A stretch of DNA of 64,000 nt from Alphaproteobacteria bacterium (GCA_965216755.1 CBDCGL010000011.1:32001-96000), one strand, 5' to 3'; positions 27,947-38,390 are shown, counted from the first letter of the stretch. The notes: generated by a model from the sequence alone, not told the origin. Translations and numbers: made by a program.

Positions 27947-29545
27947 ATGCCGGACAAGTATTTCGACGCGTTGATTGTTGGCGCCGGGTTTGCTGGCCTC
28001 TATATGCTCCATCGTTTGCGCGAATTGGGCCTGTCGGTGCGGGTGGTCGAGGCCGGGGGCGGCGTCGGCGGCACCTGGTACTGGAACCGCTATCCCGGTG
28101 CCCGATGCGACGTTGAAAGCATGCAATACTCGTATCAGTTCTCCGACGATCTACAGCAGGAATGGGATTGGACCGAACGCTATGCGGCCCAGCCGGAGAT
28201 CCTGCGTTACGCGAACCACGTCGCCGACCGTTTCGATTTGCGCCGCGACATCCAGTTCGACACCCGCGTGACGAGAGCGTCGTTTGATGAATCGGCCCAT
28301 TGTTGGACGATCCAAAATGACAATGGATCCACGCTTGCGGCGCAATATTGCATCATGGCGACCGGTTGCCTTTCAGCGCCCAACACACCCAGTTTCAAAG
28401 GCGTCGATCGTTTCTTGGGGCCGACCTATCACACTGGCGACTGGCCTCACGAAGGTGTCGACTTCACCGGCATGAGGGTGGGAGTCATCGGCACCGGGTC
28501 GTCGGCCATCCAGGCGATACCTATCATCGCTGAACAGGCCGCGCATTTATATGTATTTCAGAGGACGCCGAACTACACTGTGCCCGCGCAGAACTATCGG
28601 CTCGATGATGCGTTTCAACGCAAGGTGAAAGCGGACTATGGGCATCTTCGTGAGCGCGCTAAGCAAAATGCAACTGGTATTGCCATGCGATACGGCGAGA
28701 AGTCTGCACTCGAGGCTACGCCAAAGGAAAGGCAATTCGAGTATGAGGATCGTTGGCGCCGCGGTGGCGTCCAGTTCATGGGCGCATACCGGGATTTGCT
28801 TTTTGATGACCAAGCTAATGAAACGGCAGCGGCGTTTGTTCGGGGGAAGATTCGGGAAATTGTGCACGATCCATCCGTGGCCGCGTTGCTGTCGCCACGG
28901 AACGTGATTGGCTGCAAACGCCTATGCGTCGATACCGGCTACTATGCGACTTTCAATCGAGACAATGTCACGTTGGTCGATGTCAGTAGCGCGCCGATTG
29001 AGACGATCACTGAGAACGGACTGCGCGCCCACGGCAAGGAATTCGATGTCGATACAATCGTGTTCGCCACAGGTTTTGACGCCATGACAGGTGCGCTCAA
29101 AAGGATCGACATTCGCGGGCGCGCCGGCAAGCGGCTTGCCGATAAATGGGCTGAAGGACCGCGAACCTATTTGGGGCTGGCGATGGCAGGCTTTCCGAAT
29201 CTGTTCACGATAACGGGGCCCGGCAGCCCATCAGTATTGACCAACATGCTGCCGTCCATTGAGCAACATGTCGAATGGATCTCGGATTGCATCGGCTATA
29301 TGCGGGCGCGGCACTTGAACCAAATTGAACCGACGGTTGACGCCGAAGAAAAATGGGTCACGCACGTCAATGACGTGGCTGGTGGTTCGCTCCGGTCGAC
29401 CTGTAGTTCATGGTATGTCGGTGCCAACATTCCCGGTAAGCCGCGCGTGTTCATGCCATATATTGGTGGCTTTCCGGTCTATGTCGAGAAATGTCAGGCC
29501 ATTGCAGCAAACGGCTATGAGGGTTTCATACTTAGCACGGCATGA
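27947..29545 (+). CDS. Type I Baeyer-Villiger monooxygenase (cyclohexanone/phenylacetone monooxygenase-like)
   Basis: GAGFAG, GGTWYWNRYPGARCD, FLGPTYHTGDWP fingerprint, GTGSSA, ATGFDA. Confidence 0.95.
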   Translation: MPDKYFDALIVGAGFAGLYMLHRLRELGLSVRVVEAGGGVGGTWYWNRYPGARCDVESMQYSYQFSDDLQQEWDWTERYAAQPEILRYANHVADRFDLRRDIQFDTRVTRASFDESAHCWTIQNDNGSTLAAQYCIMATGCLSAPNTPSFKGVDRFLGPTYHTGDWPHEGVDFTGMRVGVIGTGSSAIQAIPIIAEQAAHLYVFQRTPNYTVPAQNYRLDDAFQRKVKADYGHLRERAKQNATGIAMRYGEKSALEATPKERQFEYEDRWRRGGVQFMGAYRDLLFDDQANETAAAFVRGKIREIVHDPSVAALLSPRNVIGCKRLCVDTGYYATFNRDNVTLVDVSSAPIETITENGLRAHGKEFDVDTIVFATGFDAMTGALKRIDIRGRAGKRLADKWAEGPRTYLGLAMAGFPNLFTITGPGSPSVLTNMLPSIEQHVEWISDCIGYMRARHLNQIEPTVDAEEKWVTHVNDVAGGSLRSTCSSWYVGANIPGKPRVFMPYIGGFPVYVEKCQAIAANGYEGFILSTA

Positions 29546-29614
29546 AAGCATAGAAACTTGGCCCGATGCGGCCGGGGCATTGCGCGTGAGCTGCGATTGG
29601 AGATGGAGCAGTCA

Positions 29615-30394
29615 ATGACCGACTATGAATTTCTGACCGTATGTCGCGAGGACAAACTAACCATCATCACCATCGATCGGCCGGAGGTTTACAACGCGCT
29701 ACACTCACCTGCCCATTTTGAGTTTGATAAAATATTCAACGACTTCGCGACAGATCCGAACCAATGGGTGGCGATTGTCACGGGCGCGGGCGACAAAGCA
29801 TTTTGTGCCGGCAACGATCTAAAATATCAGGCGGCGGGCGGACCCCGAACGCGACCCGACTCGGGTTTTGCTGGGCTCACACAACGGTTCGATCTTGATA
29901 AGCCGCTCATAGCGGCGGTCAACGGGTTTGCCATGGGCGGTGGATTTGAAATCGCTCTTGCGTGCGACCTGATTATCGCCGCCGACAGCGCGGTCTTCGC
30001 GCTGCCCGAGCCGCGCGTCGGATTGGCCGCCTTGGCTGGTGGCTTGCATCGCTTGCCGCGCATGATTCCGCAAAAGCAGGCGCTGGGTATGATCTTAACC
30101 GGTCGCCGCGTGTCTGCAACCGAAGGCAAGGCGCTCGGTTTCGTCAACGAAGTCACAAGCCCGGCCGAATTGATGGCGGCCGCAAAAAGGTGGGCAAACA
30201 TGATTTTGGAATGCTCGCCAATGTCGATTCGTGCATCCAAGCAAGCAATTTACCGGGGTCTCGACAAGCCTTCACTCGAAGAGGCCATCGGCACAACTTA
30301 TCCTGCCGTGCAAGAGCTTTACGACAGCGCCGACTTTATCGAAGGCCCAAGAGCCTTTGCCGAAAAACGTCAGCCCAACTGGACCGCAGAATGA
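29615..30394 (+). CDS. Enoyl-CoA hydratase (CaiD-like crotonase)
   Basis: AFCAGNDLK, AAVNGFAMGGGFEIALACD, LPEPRVG, EGPRAFAEKR. Confidence 0.92.
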   Translation: MTDYEFLTVCREDKLTIITIDRPEVYNALHSPAHFEFDKIFNDFATDPNQWVAIVTGAGDKAFCAGNDLKYQAAGGPRTRPDSGFAGLTQRFDLDKPLIAAVNGFAMGGGFEIALACDLIIAADSAVFALPEPRVGLAALAGGLHRLPRMIPQKQALGMILTGRRVSATEGKALGFVNEVTSPAELMAAAKRWANMILECSPMSIRASKQAIYRGLDKPSLEEAIGTTYPAVQELYDSADFIEGPRAFAEKRQPNWTAE

Positions 30395-30599
30395 CGGTTG
30401 CCTGCCAACGCGCTTAGCATCGTTGCGGCGACACAATTGGCAGCAGGCCGGGCGCGATCAACGTCCAGACTCAATGCACGTGCGCGGTAGCGCGAGTCCT
30501 TTACAACCGCAAGGTTGCATTTGCTGGATCGCCAGTAACATCAATACGCAAGACACCAGCATGATGACTGAGAACGCAGAAAAAAAGGATTGCTCAGCA

Positions 30600-31211
30600 A
30601 TGAAATTCTACGATTTGGCCGGATCTCCCAACACGCGCCGGGTACGGATTTTCCTGGCGGAAAAGGGGTTGAACATACCGTCAGTCGATATTGACATGAT
30701 GAAGGGCGAGAACAAGACGCCTGCCTATCTCGAGAAGAATTCACTCGGTAAAATGCCGGTGTTGGAGCTAGACGACGGGACGTGTCTCGCAGAATCCGTG
30801 GCTATTTGCCGGTATTTGGAAGAGTTGCATCCGGACCCACCATTGTTTGGCCGAGATATGTTAGAGCGCGCGCAGGTTGAAATGTGGAATCGCCGGATGG
30901 AGTTTCAGGTCCTTTTTCCGACCATGCAGATTTTCACGAACAGTCATGACATGTGGCGTGGCCGTGTTCGTCAGTTGTCGGAATGGGCGGATATTAGTCG
31001 CGAAAAACTTCAACGGGCCTTTGCATGGCTGGACGACGAACTTGTGGGCAGAACATTTATTGCGACAGATGATTACACTGTCGCGGACATTACAGCCCAA
31101 TGCGCCGTTCTCATGGCAAAAGCCGCGTGCAACATCCGGATACAGGATGATCAGTCCAACCTAGCGGGCTGGTGGCAACGTGTGACGACGCGCCCGACGG
31201 CACGTGCCTAG
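30600..31211 (+). CDS. Glutathione S-transferase family protein
   Basis: SPNTRRVRIFLAEKG, MPVLELDDG..LAESVAICRYLEE, YTVADIT. Confidence 0.9.
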   Translation: MKFYDLAGSPNTRRVRIFLAEKGLNIPSVDIDMMKGENKTPAYLEKNSLGKMPVLELDDGTCLAESVAICRYLEELHPDPPLFGRDMLERAQVEMWNRRMEFQVLFPTMQIFTNSHDMWRGRVRQLSEWADISREKLQRAFAWLDDELVGRTFIATDDYTVADITAQCAVLMAKAACNIRIQDDQSNLAGWWQRVTTRPTARA

Positions 31212-31891
31212 TTTGACACGACTGACTCGGCGAGCGAAGCAATAGAGACCTCAATTGCCAGCTGCACCGCCTTGATCATCGTATCAATGTCCATGGACGC
31301 AAGTTCGGTGCTCCGTCGCCCGGTGTACGCGGATTTTTCGTGCGCTACCAACCTCGCCACCTGATGGGCGGCGTAGGGCATGTGGAGAAAGCCACACGGA
31401 GTTTGGTCACTTACGGCATTCAGAAACTCGAACAAGGCGGCGTTGCACAGAAACGTTCCGGCGGTATTGGTTACTTGGGCCGGTATGCCTGAATCCAACA
31501 ACGTCTTCTCGATGTCCCTCAGGGGCAGGGTCGACATCAGTGCTGTTCCAGAGTGCCGCGATATGATGTGATCTCTAAGGACATTGCCGTCATTATCGGG
31601 GATCTCGAAATCTGCGACGTTCAACGCGGTTCGCTCTATGCGCACAACAGGGGTGCCCGGCCAAAGTCCCAAGCTGACCACGAGCCGCGGCTTGCTTGTG
31701 GCGATCGCTTCCACGATCCGTGTACGCAAGGGCTGATAGGCAACCGGCAGCAGTTGTCCATCCACGGCGAAATCGGCGACACGTGTGCCCGACAAAGCAA
31801 CCACGATGTCCGCTGTCGGGTTGAAGTCACGCCCGCCATACGGCTCAAAACCTGTCAAAAGGATCGTGTTGTCTTGAGGGCCGTGTGTCAT
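31208..31891 (-). CDS. pcp: Pyroglutamyl-peptidase I
   Basis: ILLTGFEPYGG..FNP, IERTALN, AGTFLCN, GFLHMP. Confidence 0.88.
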   Translation of the reverse strand: MTHGPQDNTILLTGFEPYGGRDFNPTADIVVALSGTRVADFAVDGQLLPVAYQPLRTRIVEAIATSKPRLVVSLGLWPGTPVVRIERTALNVADFEIPDNDGNVLRDHIISRHSGTALMSTLPLRDIEKTLLDSGIPAQVTNTAGTFLCNAALFEFLNAVSDQTPCGFLHMPYAAHQVARLVAHEKSAYTGRRSTELASMDIDTMIKAVQLAIEVSIASLAESVVSN

Positions 31892-32086
31892 CTCTGCGAA
31901 CCTCGATAAGCAGCGCAGCGTCACCGAAAACTAGAGCATATCATGCGAACATATGTGAGCGTGATATGCTCTGGCGTCGTTTGGTCGTCTCTTCAAGCGC
32001 CAGTCTGCGGGAAAACCATTGACAGTGCGACTTGTGACGACATTTTATGCGGCGTGCCGCATGGTACAACTCGTGAATGAAGGGCA

Positions 32087-32866
32087 TTGGCTTTGGCGGA
32101 AGTTCGATCAGTTTCGCGGGCTTTCGAACCGGCTGAGTGGGCAGTGCGCGTCGATCTAGCTGCTGCATTTCGCTTGGTCGATTTGTTTCAATGGTCGGAT
32201 TTGCTTGCAACGCATTTATCTGCCCGTGTGCCCGGTGCTGATGACCATTTCCTCATCAATCCATTTGGGTTGTTCTTCGAGGAAATAACAGCATCGAAAT
32301 TGGTCAAGGTCGATATGGCCGGCAGTGTTCTCGATGACACGCCGTATAGGGTTAACCCCGCTGGCCTTACGATTCACAGTGCGGTCCATATGGCACGGAC
32401 GGACGTGAACTGTGTCATGCATACACACACCACTGCCGGCGTCTCCATTGCAACGCAGCGAGACGGACTGTTGCCCATCACGCAACATGGCATGGCAATT
32501 ATCGCGCACACTGGCTACCATGACTATGAAGGCATTGCTACTGACCTTGATGGACGATCAAGCCTTGCGCACGACCTTGCCGACAACAATGTTTTAGTTC
32601 TGCGCAATCATGGCCTTTTGGCCGTCGGGAAAACTGTCGGCGAGGCATTTATGTGGTTGTATCGTGCCGAACGCGCGTGTCGCATGCAGCTCGCGGTCCA
32701 ACAATCCGGTGCCGAAATCACACCGATCCCGGACCGCATCCAGACCGCGACCATCGAACGAAATCAATTCAACAATTCGGATCACGGGTACCGACCCATC
32801 GGCGAGCACGAATGGCCCGCGCTACGACGGAAATTGGATCGCATCGACGGTTCTTATCAGACTTAG
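32087..32866 (+). CDS. Class II aldolase/adducin family protein
   Basis: RVDLAAAFR, THLSARVPG, FLINPFG, IHSAVH.AR, MHTHT, LRNHG. Confidence 0.92.
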   Translation: MALAEVRSVSRAFEPAEWAVRVDLAAAFRLVDLFQWSDLLATHLSARVPGADDHFLINPFGLFFEEITASKLVKVDMAGSVLDDTPYRVNPAGLTIHSAVHMARTDVNCVMHTHTTAGVSIATQRDGLLPITQHGMAIIAHTGYHDYEGIATDLDGRSSLAHDLADNNVLVLRNHGLLAVGKTVGEAFMWLYRAERACRMQLAVQQSGAEITPIPDRIQTATIERNQFNNSDHGYRPIGEHEWPALRRKLDRIDGSYQT

Positions 32867-32884
32867 GAGCATCACGATAATTGT

Positions 32885-33583
32885 CTAAGGGTCGTAGCCG
32901 GGCCCGCCGGGCCGCCATGCATAAGTGATGTCGGTTGGCACAGACGCGTCTTTTCGCGTGAGGCCTTGCTGACTCAATATCAGGCGAACGAGCGAAAACT
33001 GTTCACGACCCCAGAAAACTTCGCCATCTAACAAGATCGTTGGAACACCGAATACGCCAGCTGAATCAGCTTCAGCTTGGATGGATTGGAAGGCGCGCCG
33101 ACCTTCGTGGGCGGCATACGCGGCGAAGTCCGTCTTGTTGACGCCAATTTCCCGCAATACCCCGCCGATTTCGGTGATGCTCTCAATGTCCAGCTCGCGC
33201 CGCCAAAAACGTTCGTAGACGATGTCGTTGTATTGGCGCACCAGATCAAATTTCTTGGCGTAAAGAAGGCCGATGGCGGCGAGGGAGGAATCCCAAATCT
33301 TCTGCGTTCCGCGAATTGTCATACCTCGCAAGTTGGCATATCGCCGCGCATCCATATAAGTATAGCGTACCCGTCGCCATTGATAGGCCGTTCGATCCTC
33401 GGTCAGAACTTTGCGATCGTCATCGACTTCGGCCGAGCCCCGATAGCTCGCAATGTCAAGTGCGAGAGGTAACCAGTTCAGGTGGACATCAAAGTCTCGC
33501 TCAAACGTCCATAGAGGGTCGATCGCGAGATACGCATACGGGCTTTTGTGGTCGATATAGACGTCAATTGTCTTGGATACCAT
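32885..33583 (-). CDS. DsbA-family / 2-hydroxychromene-2-carboxylate isomerase-like protein
   Basis: IDVYIDHKSPYAYLA, GVFGVPT..LDGEVFWGRE. Confidence 0.85.
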   Translation of the reverse strand: MVSKTIDVYIDHKSPYAYLAIDPLWTFERDFDVHLNWLPLALDIASYRGSAEVDDDRKVLTEDRTAYQWRRVRYTYMDARRYANLRGMTIRGTQKIWDSSLAAIGLLYAKKFDLVRQYNDIVYERFWRRELDIESITEIGGVLREIGVNKTDFAAYAAHEGRRAFQSIQAEADSAGVFGVPTILLDGEVFWGREQFSLVRLILSQQGLTRKDASVPTDITYAWRPGGPGYDP

Positions 33584-33716
33584 CTTTGAAGAATTCTCGA
33601 TTCTTGCGTGGGCACTTTCGCTGGCCCATAACGTGCCACGCGAAAAGACGCCGCGTGGCACGTTATTTATCTCGGCAAGGGAACTTAGGGCTGCCGCAAT
33701 TCCGCACGACCAGTCG

Positions 33717-34250
33717 TCATTCCGAGAGCTCTTTGAGCCGCGCCAGGCTCGCGCTGTAGACTCCGGATAGAGCATTGGCCATACCGGCGCCGCCATCATC
33801 TGGAAATGCGGCAGGATCCATCGTTGTACGCCAGTGAACTTCTGCGGTTCCCGCGCGCGGTCCGGGAACGGCCCACACTGTCGACCGATATTTGGCTGTC
33901 GCCAATACGCTTTCGCTGATCACCTCATAGGTGTATGAAGTCGGGCCTTGCACGCTCATCACTTCTAGCAGTTCGCCCAATCCGTCCACATTAATGCGAC
34001 GCACTGTGCCCAATTGGCCAATTCCTTCGTCATACGCGCAAGTGGTGACCGGTGCGACCCATTTCGTCAGTGCGCAAAAAGTGCCGAACTCGGCCCATAT
34101 TGCGACGGGGCTTTCTTCGATCAAAATGGATTCGTGGATGGTTATCTGATCATCATAACGCATGTCGGCGGTGGCCGTACTCGACATACTCATCGCCATG
34201 ACAATCGCAATGAATCCACTCCATGGCGCAATTATTTCTCGCAAATACAT
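33717..34250 (-). CDS. Exported SRPBCC (MxaD-like) protein
   Basis: Signal peptide (TATA-D); IWAEFGTFCAL..W.P V..C, GTVRRI, SYTY, YRST; C-terminal helix. Confidence 0.75.
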   Translation of the reverse strand: MYLREIIAPWSGFIAIVMAMSMSSTATADMRYDDQITIHESILIEESPVAIWAEFGTFCALTKWVAPVTTCAYDEGIGQLGTVRRINVDGLGELLEVMSVQGPTSYTYEVISESVLATAKYRSTVWAVPGPRAGTAEVHWRTTMDPAAFPDDGGAGMANALSGVYSASLARLKELSE

Positions 34251-34463
34251 TCGTTCGCCTCCCTTTGAGGTGTCTTCGCTGATTTGATTGCGGATTTTCG
34301 AAGCCCGCACAATTACGGAAGGCTGCCGACCAGTCAATGTTTCGTGATTGGAGTTGGCCGCGTGGCCATTGAGAACATGGAGCAGTGTTGGACATCCAGA
34401 ATTGTGCACGGTTTGTCGATTGCTCGTATCATGCGATCGGCTATTGGTGGAAAGGACGATGAT

Positions 34464-35993
34464 GTGACCGGTTCTGTTGCAATTGGAGATCGGACCTTGA
34501 CCTTGACAGAGCTACATCGCCGCGCCTCATGCGTGGCGACAGGTCTGGCGGCGCTGGGGGTCGGGGCGGCCGATTCGGTCGCGATTTATCTGCGTAACGA
34601 TCTCGCGTTCTTAGAGGTGGTGCTGGGGGTCGGTTTGTTGGGCGCCTATTCGGTGCCGATCAACTGGCAATTCAAACGTGAAGAAGCCGGCTACGTGATC
34701 GCTGACTCCGGCGCGAAGGTACTGGTCGTGCATAGTGACCTGCTAGCGGAGGTCAAAGATACGGCGTCCGACGGGTTGCAGATATTGGTCGTCCCGACGC
34801 CAGTCGTAATTCGTGCCGCGTATGATATTGGCCCGGAAGCTACCCACGTCGCCGACGGGTTCACGGCATGGGATCCATGGCGCGAAGCCCATGAGCCGTG
34901 GCGTGGTCCGCCGGCATTGTCACCTGGAAGCATGATCTACACGTCTGGCACGACCGGACAACCGAAAGGCGTTCGCCGGATTCCGGCCGAAGTTGCTGAC
35001 CTCGAGTCCGCTTCTGCGCGCATTGCCAACGCCTTCGGTGCGCGACCTGGCATGAAGGCGATCATGACAGGACCGCTCTATCACAGCGCGCCGCTCGGAT
35101 ATGCGCGTGCTGTTCTGGGTGCCGGTGGTGGCCTGACATTGATGCCCAGGTTCGATGCCGAGAGCCTGCTGCGCCTGATCGAGGAACAGGGCGTTACGGA
35201 TATGCACATGGTCCCAACCATGTTTGTGCGCCTCTTGCGCCTGCCCGGCCACGTGCGACGCCACTATGACATTTCTTCCTTGCGCTATGTCATTCACGGC
35301 GCGGCGCCCTGTCCGCCAGACGTCAAGCGCCAAATGATCGACTGGTGGGGACCGGTGATCCACGAATATTATGGCTCGACCGAAGTCGGTTTAGCTACGG
35401 TTGTCGATAGTGCGGATTGGCTGAAACATCCCGGTACAGTTGGGCGACCTTTGACCGGCGTCAAAATACGGATTTATGCCAACGAGGGTTGGATACGAGC
35501 CCCGGGCCAGCAAGGTGAAATCTACGTTGGGCTCGAGTCTATAACGCCGTTTACGTATCACAACAATGACCAGAAGCGACGTGAAATTGAACGCGACGGC
35601 ATGGTGACCAATGGCGACATCGGTTATTTCGACGACGAGGGGTTCCTTTACCTCTGTGATCGTAAGATCGATATGGTGATATCCGGTGGCGTCAATATCT
35701 ATCCGGTTGAGGTCGAGAAAATTCTTGCACAGTTGGATGGCGTGCGTGACTGTGCCGTGTTCGGTGTCCCGGATCCCGAGTTCGGGGAAGTTCTTGCGGC
35801 TGCGATTGAGCCCGATAATGACCACGCTTTGACGGAAACTAGCGTTCGTCGATACCTAGCAGATCACTTAGCGAGCTATAAAATTCCGCGAGTTATTGCG
35901 TTTCATGACACTTTGCCGCGGGAGGACTCTGGTAAGCTCTTCAAGCGAAAATTGCGGGAGCCCTATTGGCGTGACGTGGACCGGCGGATCTAG
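34464..35993 (+). CDS. Acyl-CoA synthetase (AMP-binding)
   Basis: MIYTSGTTGQPKG, EYYGSTE, GDIGYFD, DMVISGGVNIYP, SGKLFKR. Confidence 0.93.
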   Translation: MTGSVAIGDRTLTLTELHRRASCVATGLAALGVGAADSVAIYLRNDLAFLEVVLGVGLLGAYSVPINWQFKREEAGYVIADSGAKVLVVHSDLLAEVKDTASDGLQILVVPTPVVIRAAYDIGPEATHVADGFTAWDPWREAHEPWRGPPALSPGSMIYTSGTTGQPKGVRRIPAEVADLESASARIANAFGARPGMKAIMTGPLYHSAPLGYARAVLGAGGGLTLMPRFDAESLLRLIEEQGVTDMHMVPTMFVRLLRLPGHVRRHYDISSLRYVIHGAAPCPPDVKRQMIDWWGPVIHEYYGSTEVGLATVVDSADWLKHPGTVGRPLTGVKIRIYANEGWIRAPGQQGEIYVGLESITPFTYHNNDQKRREIERDGMVTNGDIGYFDDEGFLYLCDRKIDMVISGGVNIYPVEVEKILAQLDGVRDCAVFGVPDPEFGEVLAAAIEPDNDHALTETSVRRYLADHLASYKIPRVIAFHDTLPREDSGKLFKRKLREPYWRDVDRRI

Positions 35994-36035
35994 TGATCCA
36001 GCGACGATGGTTGGAACCTAAGTTGGTTGCATTGG

Positions 36036-36416
36036 TCACCAGATAATTTTCTCCGGATCGCCTTTATAGAGGGACCGGATATAAGCAATGACCTTCCAAA
36101 TCTCATCTTCTGTGAGCTTCTTAGACCAGCCCACCATATTGGTGTCCTTGCGCCCTTTTGCGATGGCCCGAAATATTGTTTTGTCAGTGGGGCGATAAAC
36201 CCAATCATCATCAGTTAAGTTGGGCCCCACGGCGCCTTCCGCCGTTTCGCCATGACAACTATAGCATCCGGTTTTTGCCCACAGTTCTTGTCCGTCTTCA
36301 ATTGCGACAGGGTCACCGGTATACGGATTGGTTTCGACGGTTGGATCATCAGCCGCCTTGGCGACGGGGGCGAACGCCAAAACGGTCAGTGCGGATGCGA
36401 TAGCGGCACGTTTCAA
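36036..36416 (-). CDS. Periplasmic cytochrome c, probable electron acceptor of the PQQ dehydrogenase
   Basis: RBS AGGAGG + TTG; signal peptide; NPYTGDP.AIEDG, CYSCH, VGPNLTDDDW, distal Met. Confidence 0.9.
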   Translation of the reverse strand: MKRAAIASALTVLAFAPVAKAADDPTVETNPYTGDPVAIEDGQELWAKTGCYSCHGETAEGAVGPNLTDDDWVYRPTDKTIFRAIAKGRKDTNMVGWSKKLTEDEIWKVIAYIRSLYKGDPEKIIW

Positions 36417-36519
36417 CTTGGTCCTCCTTCGGTTACCTTGGGGCGTCGGCGATGATAGGGCGGGGACGCGCATCACGCCCCCGCAACATTTAACTATCAG
36501 TTAGGCCACCATCAGGCCA

Positions 36520-38244
36520 TCATTGGCCGAAAAGGCCGAATACCATAAGATATCCACCTTTGCGGCTATCCTTGAGTTGCGGTGCACCGCCGCCGCCCAA
36601 AGTCGCCCAACCGGTCCATCCACCGAATCCTGCCGGAACGGCGACATATTGCGTGCCGTCTATCGCGTATGTCATGGGGCTACCAAAGATCCCCGTGCCA
36701 ACATTGAACGACCACAGTTCTTCGCCTGTGTCTTGTCGGTACACTTTGAAGTGGCCTTCGGGCGTACCTGCAAACAACAATCCACCGCCCGTCGTCAGAA
36801 GTCCGCTGGTGAAAGGCGATGGCGCTTTTACCGTCCAGACCTTGTCTCCTGTTTCGGCATCAAATGCGACAAGCTGGCCATAGCCCTTGTTCCATTTGAT
36901 TGTCCCAATGCCCCAATAGGGCGCACCGACTGTTCGTTCGGCCGGGTTCAAGCCTTCGCCAAGAGGTGCGCTCTTGATGTCGGTACAGATTTCCCGGCTC
37001 GGTACAAAGACCATATTTGTGTGGGGGTTGGCGGTCATCGGATTCCACCATTTCCCACCTTCCGAGGCCGGGCAAATATCTTTAGCTTCATAATCGTAAG
37101 CGGGGACCTTTTCCGGGTTGACAATCGGTCGACCATCGGCCTCGAAACCGGTCGCCCAATTGACTTTGGAAATCGGGACGCCATAGACAAATTCACTGTT
37201 TGTCCGATCGATGGCATACAAGAAACCGTTGCGGTCGCCATGCATCCACAGTTTCTTGTTCCCGACATCAAGCAACAGTGGTTCGTTGTTGCCGTCATAG
37301 TCCCAAACATCGTGCGGCGTGTACTGGAAGTAGTGCTTGATTTCGCCCGTGCTTGCGTCCAGCGCCAGCGTGGCATTCGAGTACAGATTGTCGCCGGGAC
37401 GATTGGTCCCGTCCCAATCAGGGTTCGGATTGCCAACACCCCAGTAGAGGGTGTCAAGTTCCGGGTCATACGATCCGGTGATCCATGCCGATGCACCACC
37501 ATTCATGGCCATGTCAGTCGAACCCCAGCTGTCATGGCCCGGTTCACCGGGGCCGGGGATCGTATATCGGCGCCAGGCTTGTTCGCCCGTTTCGGCATCC
37601 AACGCTTCGATAAACAAACGGGTCGGATATTCCGCGCCCGACAGGCCGACGACGACGTTGCCTTTGACGACCAACGGTGCGACGGTCATCGTGTAGGCCT
37701 CTTCCCAGTTCGCCAAATTGGTGTGCCACGCGACCTCACCGGTTTTTGAGTCAAGCGCGACAACGTCGGCGTCGGGCGTTGCGACATAGACCTTGTCGTG
37801 ATAAAGCGCGACGCCACGATTGCCGATGTCGCAGCACATCTTGCCGGCCACGCCCTCTGGCAATTCGTCAACATAACGCCAGATCTCTTCCCCGGTACGC
37901 GCGTCGATCGCGTAGGTCCGCCCATGCGACGCGGTGGCATACATCACGCCATTGTTCACAACCGGTGTGGTGTTTTGGGCATCGAGAACGCCAAACGAGA
38001 AAACCCATTTTGCGACAAGGCTGTTGACATTGTTGGCATTGATTTGGCTGAGCGGGCTATACCGCGTTCCGGCGTAGTCGCGTGGGGCCATCAGCCAATT
38101 GTTCGGATCTTGCCCCGCCTCAAGAAGCATTTCATCAGTCACGTAGTCTTGAGACGCGGCTGTTCCGAAATTAAACGCGAAAACTGTAGCTGCAACGGCG
38201 GCCACGCCCGCTCTCTTTGTCTTCCAAGATGCTGGACGATTCAT
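36520..38244 (-). CDS. PQQ-dependent alcohol dehydrogenase (methanol/ethanol family) with lanthanide-type D-x-D motif
   Basis: Signal peptide; RYSPLSQIN, CCD vicinal cysteines, GAEY, YWGVGNP.PD, QYTPHDVWDYDG, HGDRNGF. Confidence 0.93.
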   Translation of the reverse strand: MNRPASWKTKRAGVAAVAATVFAFNFGTAASQDYVTDEMLLEAGQDPNNWLMAPRDYAGTRYSPLSQINANNVNSLVAKWVFSFGVLDAQNTTPVVNNGVMYATASHGRTYAIDARTGEEIWRYVDELPEGVAGKMCCDIGNRGVALYHDKVYVATPDADVVALDSKTGEVAWHTNLANWEEAYTMTVAPLVVKGNVVVGLSGAEYPTRLFIEALDAETGEQAWRRYTIPGPGEPGHDSWGSTDMAMNGGASAWITGSYDPELDTLYWGVGNPNPDWDGTNRPGDNLYSNATLALDASTGEIKHYFQYTPHDVWDYDGNNEPLLLDVGNKKLWMHGDRNGFLYAIDRTNSEFVYGVPISKVNWATGFEADGRPIVNPEKVPAYDYEAKDICPASEGGKWWNPMTANPHTNMVFVPSREICTDIKSAPLGEGLNPAERTVGAPYWGIGTIKWNKGYGQLVAFDAETGDKVWTVKAPSPFTSGLLTTGGGLLFAGTPEGHFKVYRQDTGEELWSFNVGTGIFGSPMTYAIDGTQYVAVPAGFGGWTGWATLGGGGAPQLKDSRKGGYLMVFGLFGQ

Positions 38245-38390
38245 GATCGAGTGACTCCCAACATGATTTTTTGTGCTGACCCTGCTTTGAGCAGTCAATT
38301 CGGAAATGATAACGCGCACAATATCGTACACGGTCGGTTCATTTCGACCATGAGCTATGCGAGTCAGGCGCCGATTTCGCGTCTCCCGGG

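Noticed and set aside
36460-36484. GC hairpin between ADH and cytochrome c as a terminator
   Set aside because: Imperfect stem without a U-tract on the coding strand; at most an mRNA stability element.
36523-37749. 408-aa plus-strand ORF (likewise 23657-24931, 7989-8747, 15155-16045, 56468-57355)
   Set aside because: Antisense to well-supported genes; typical GC-rich shadow ORFs with no motifs.
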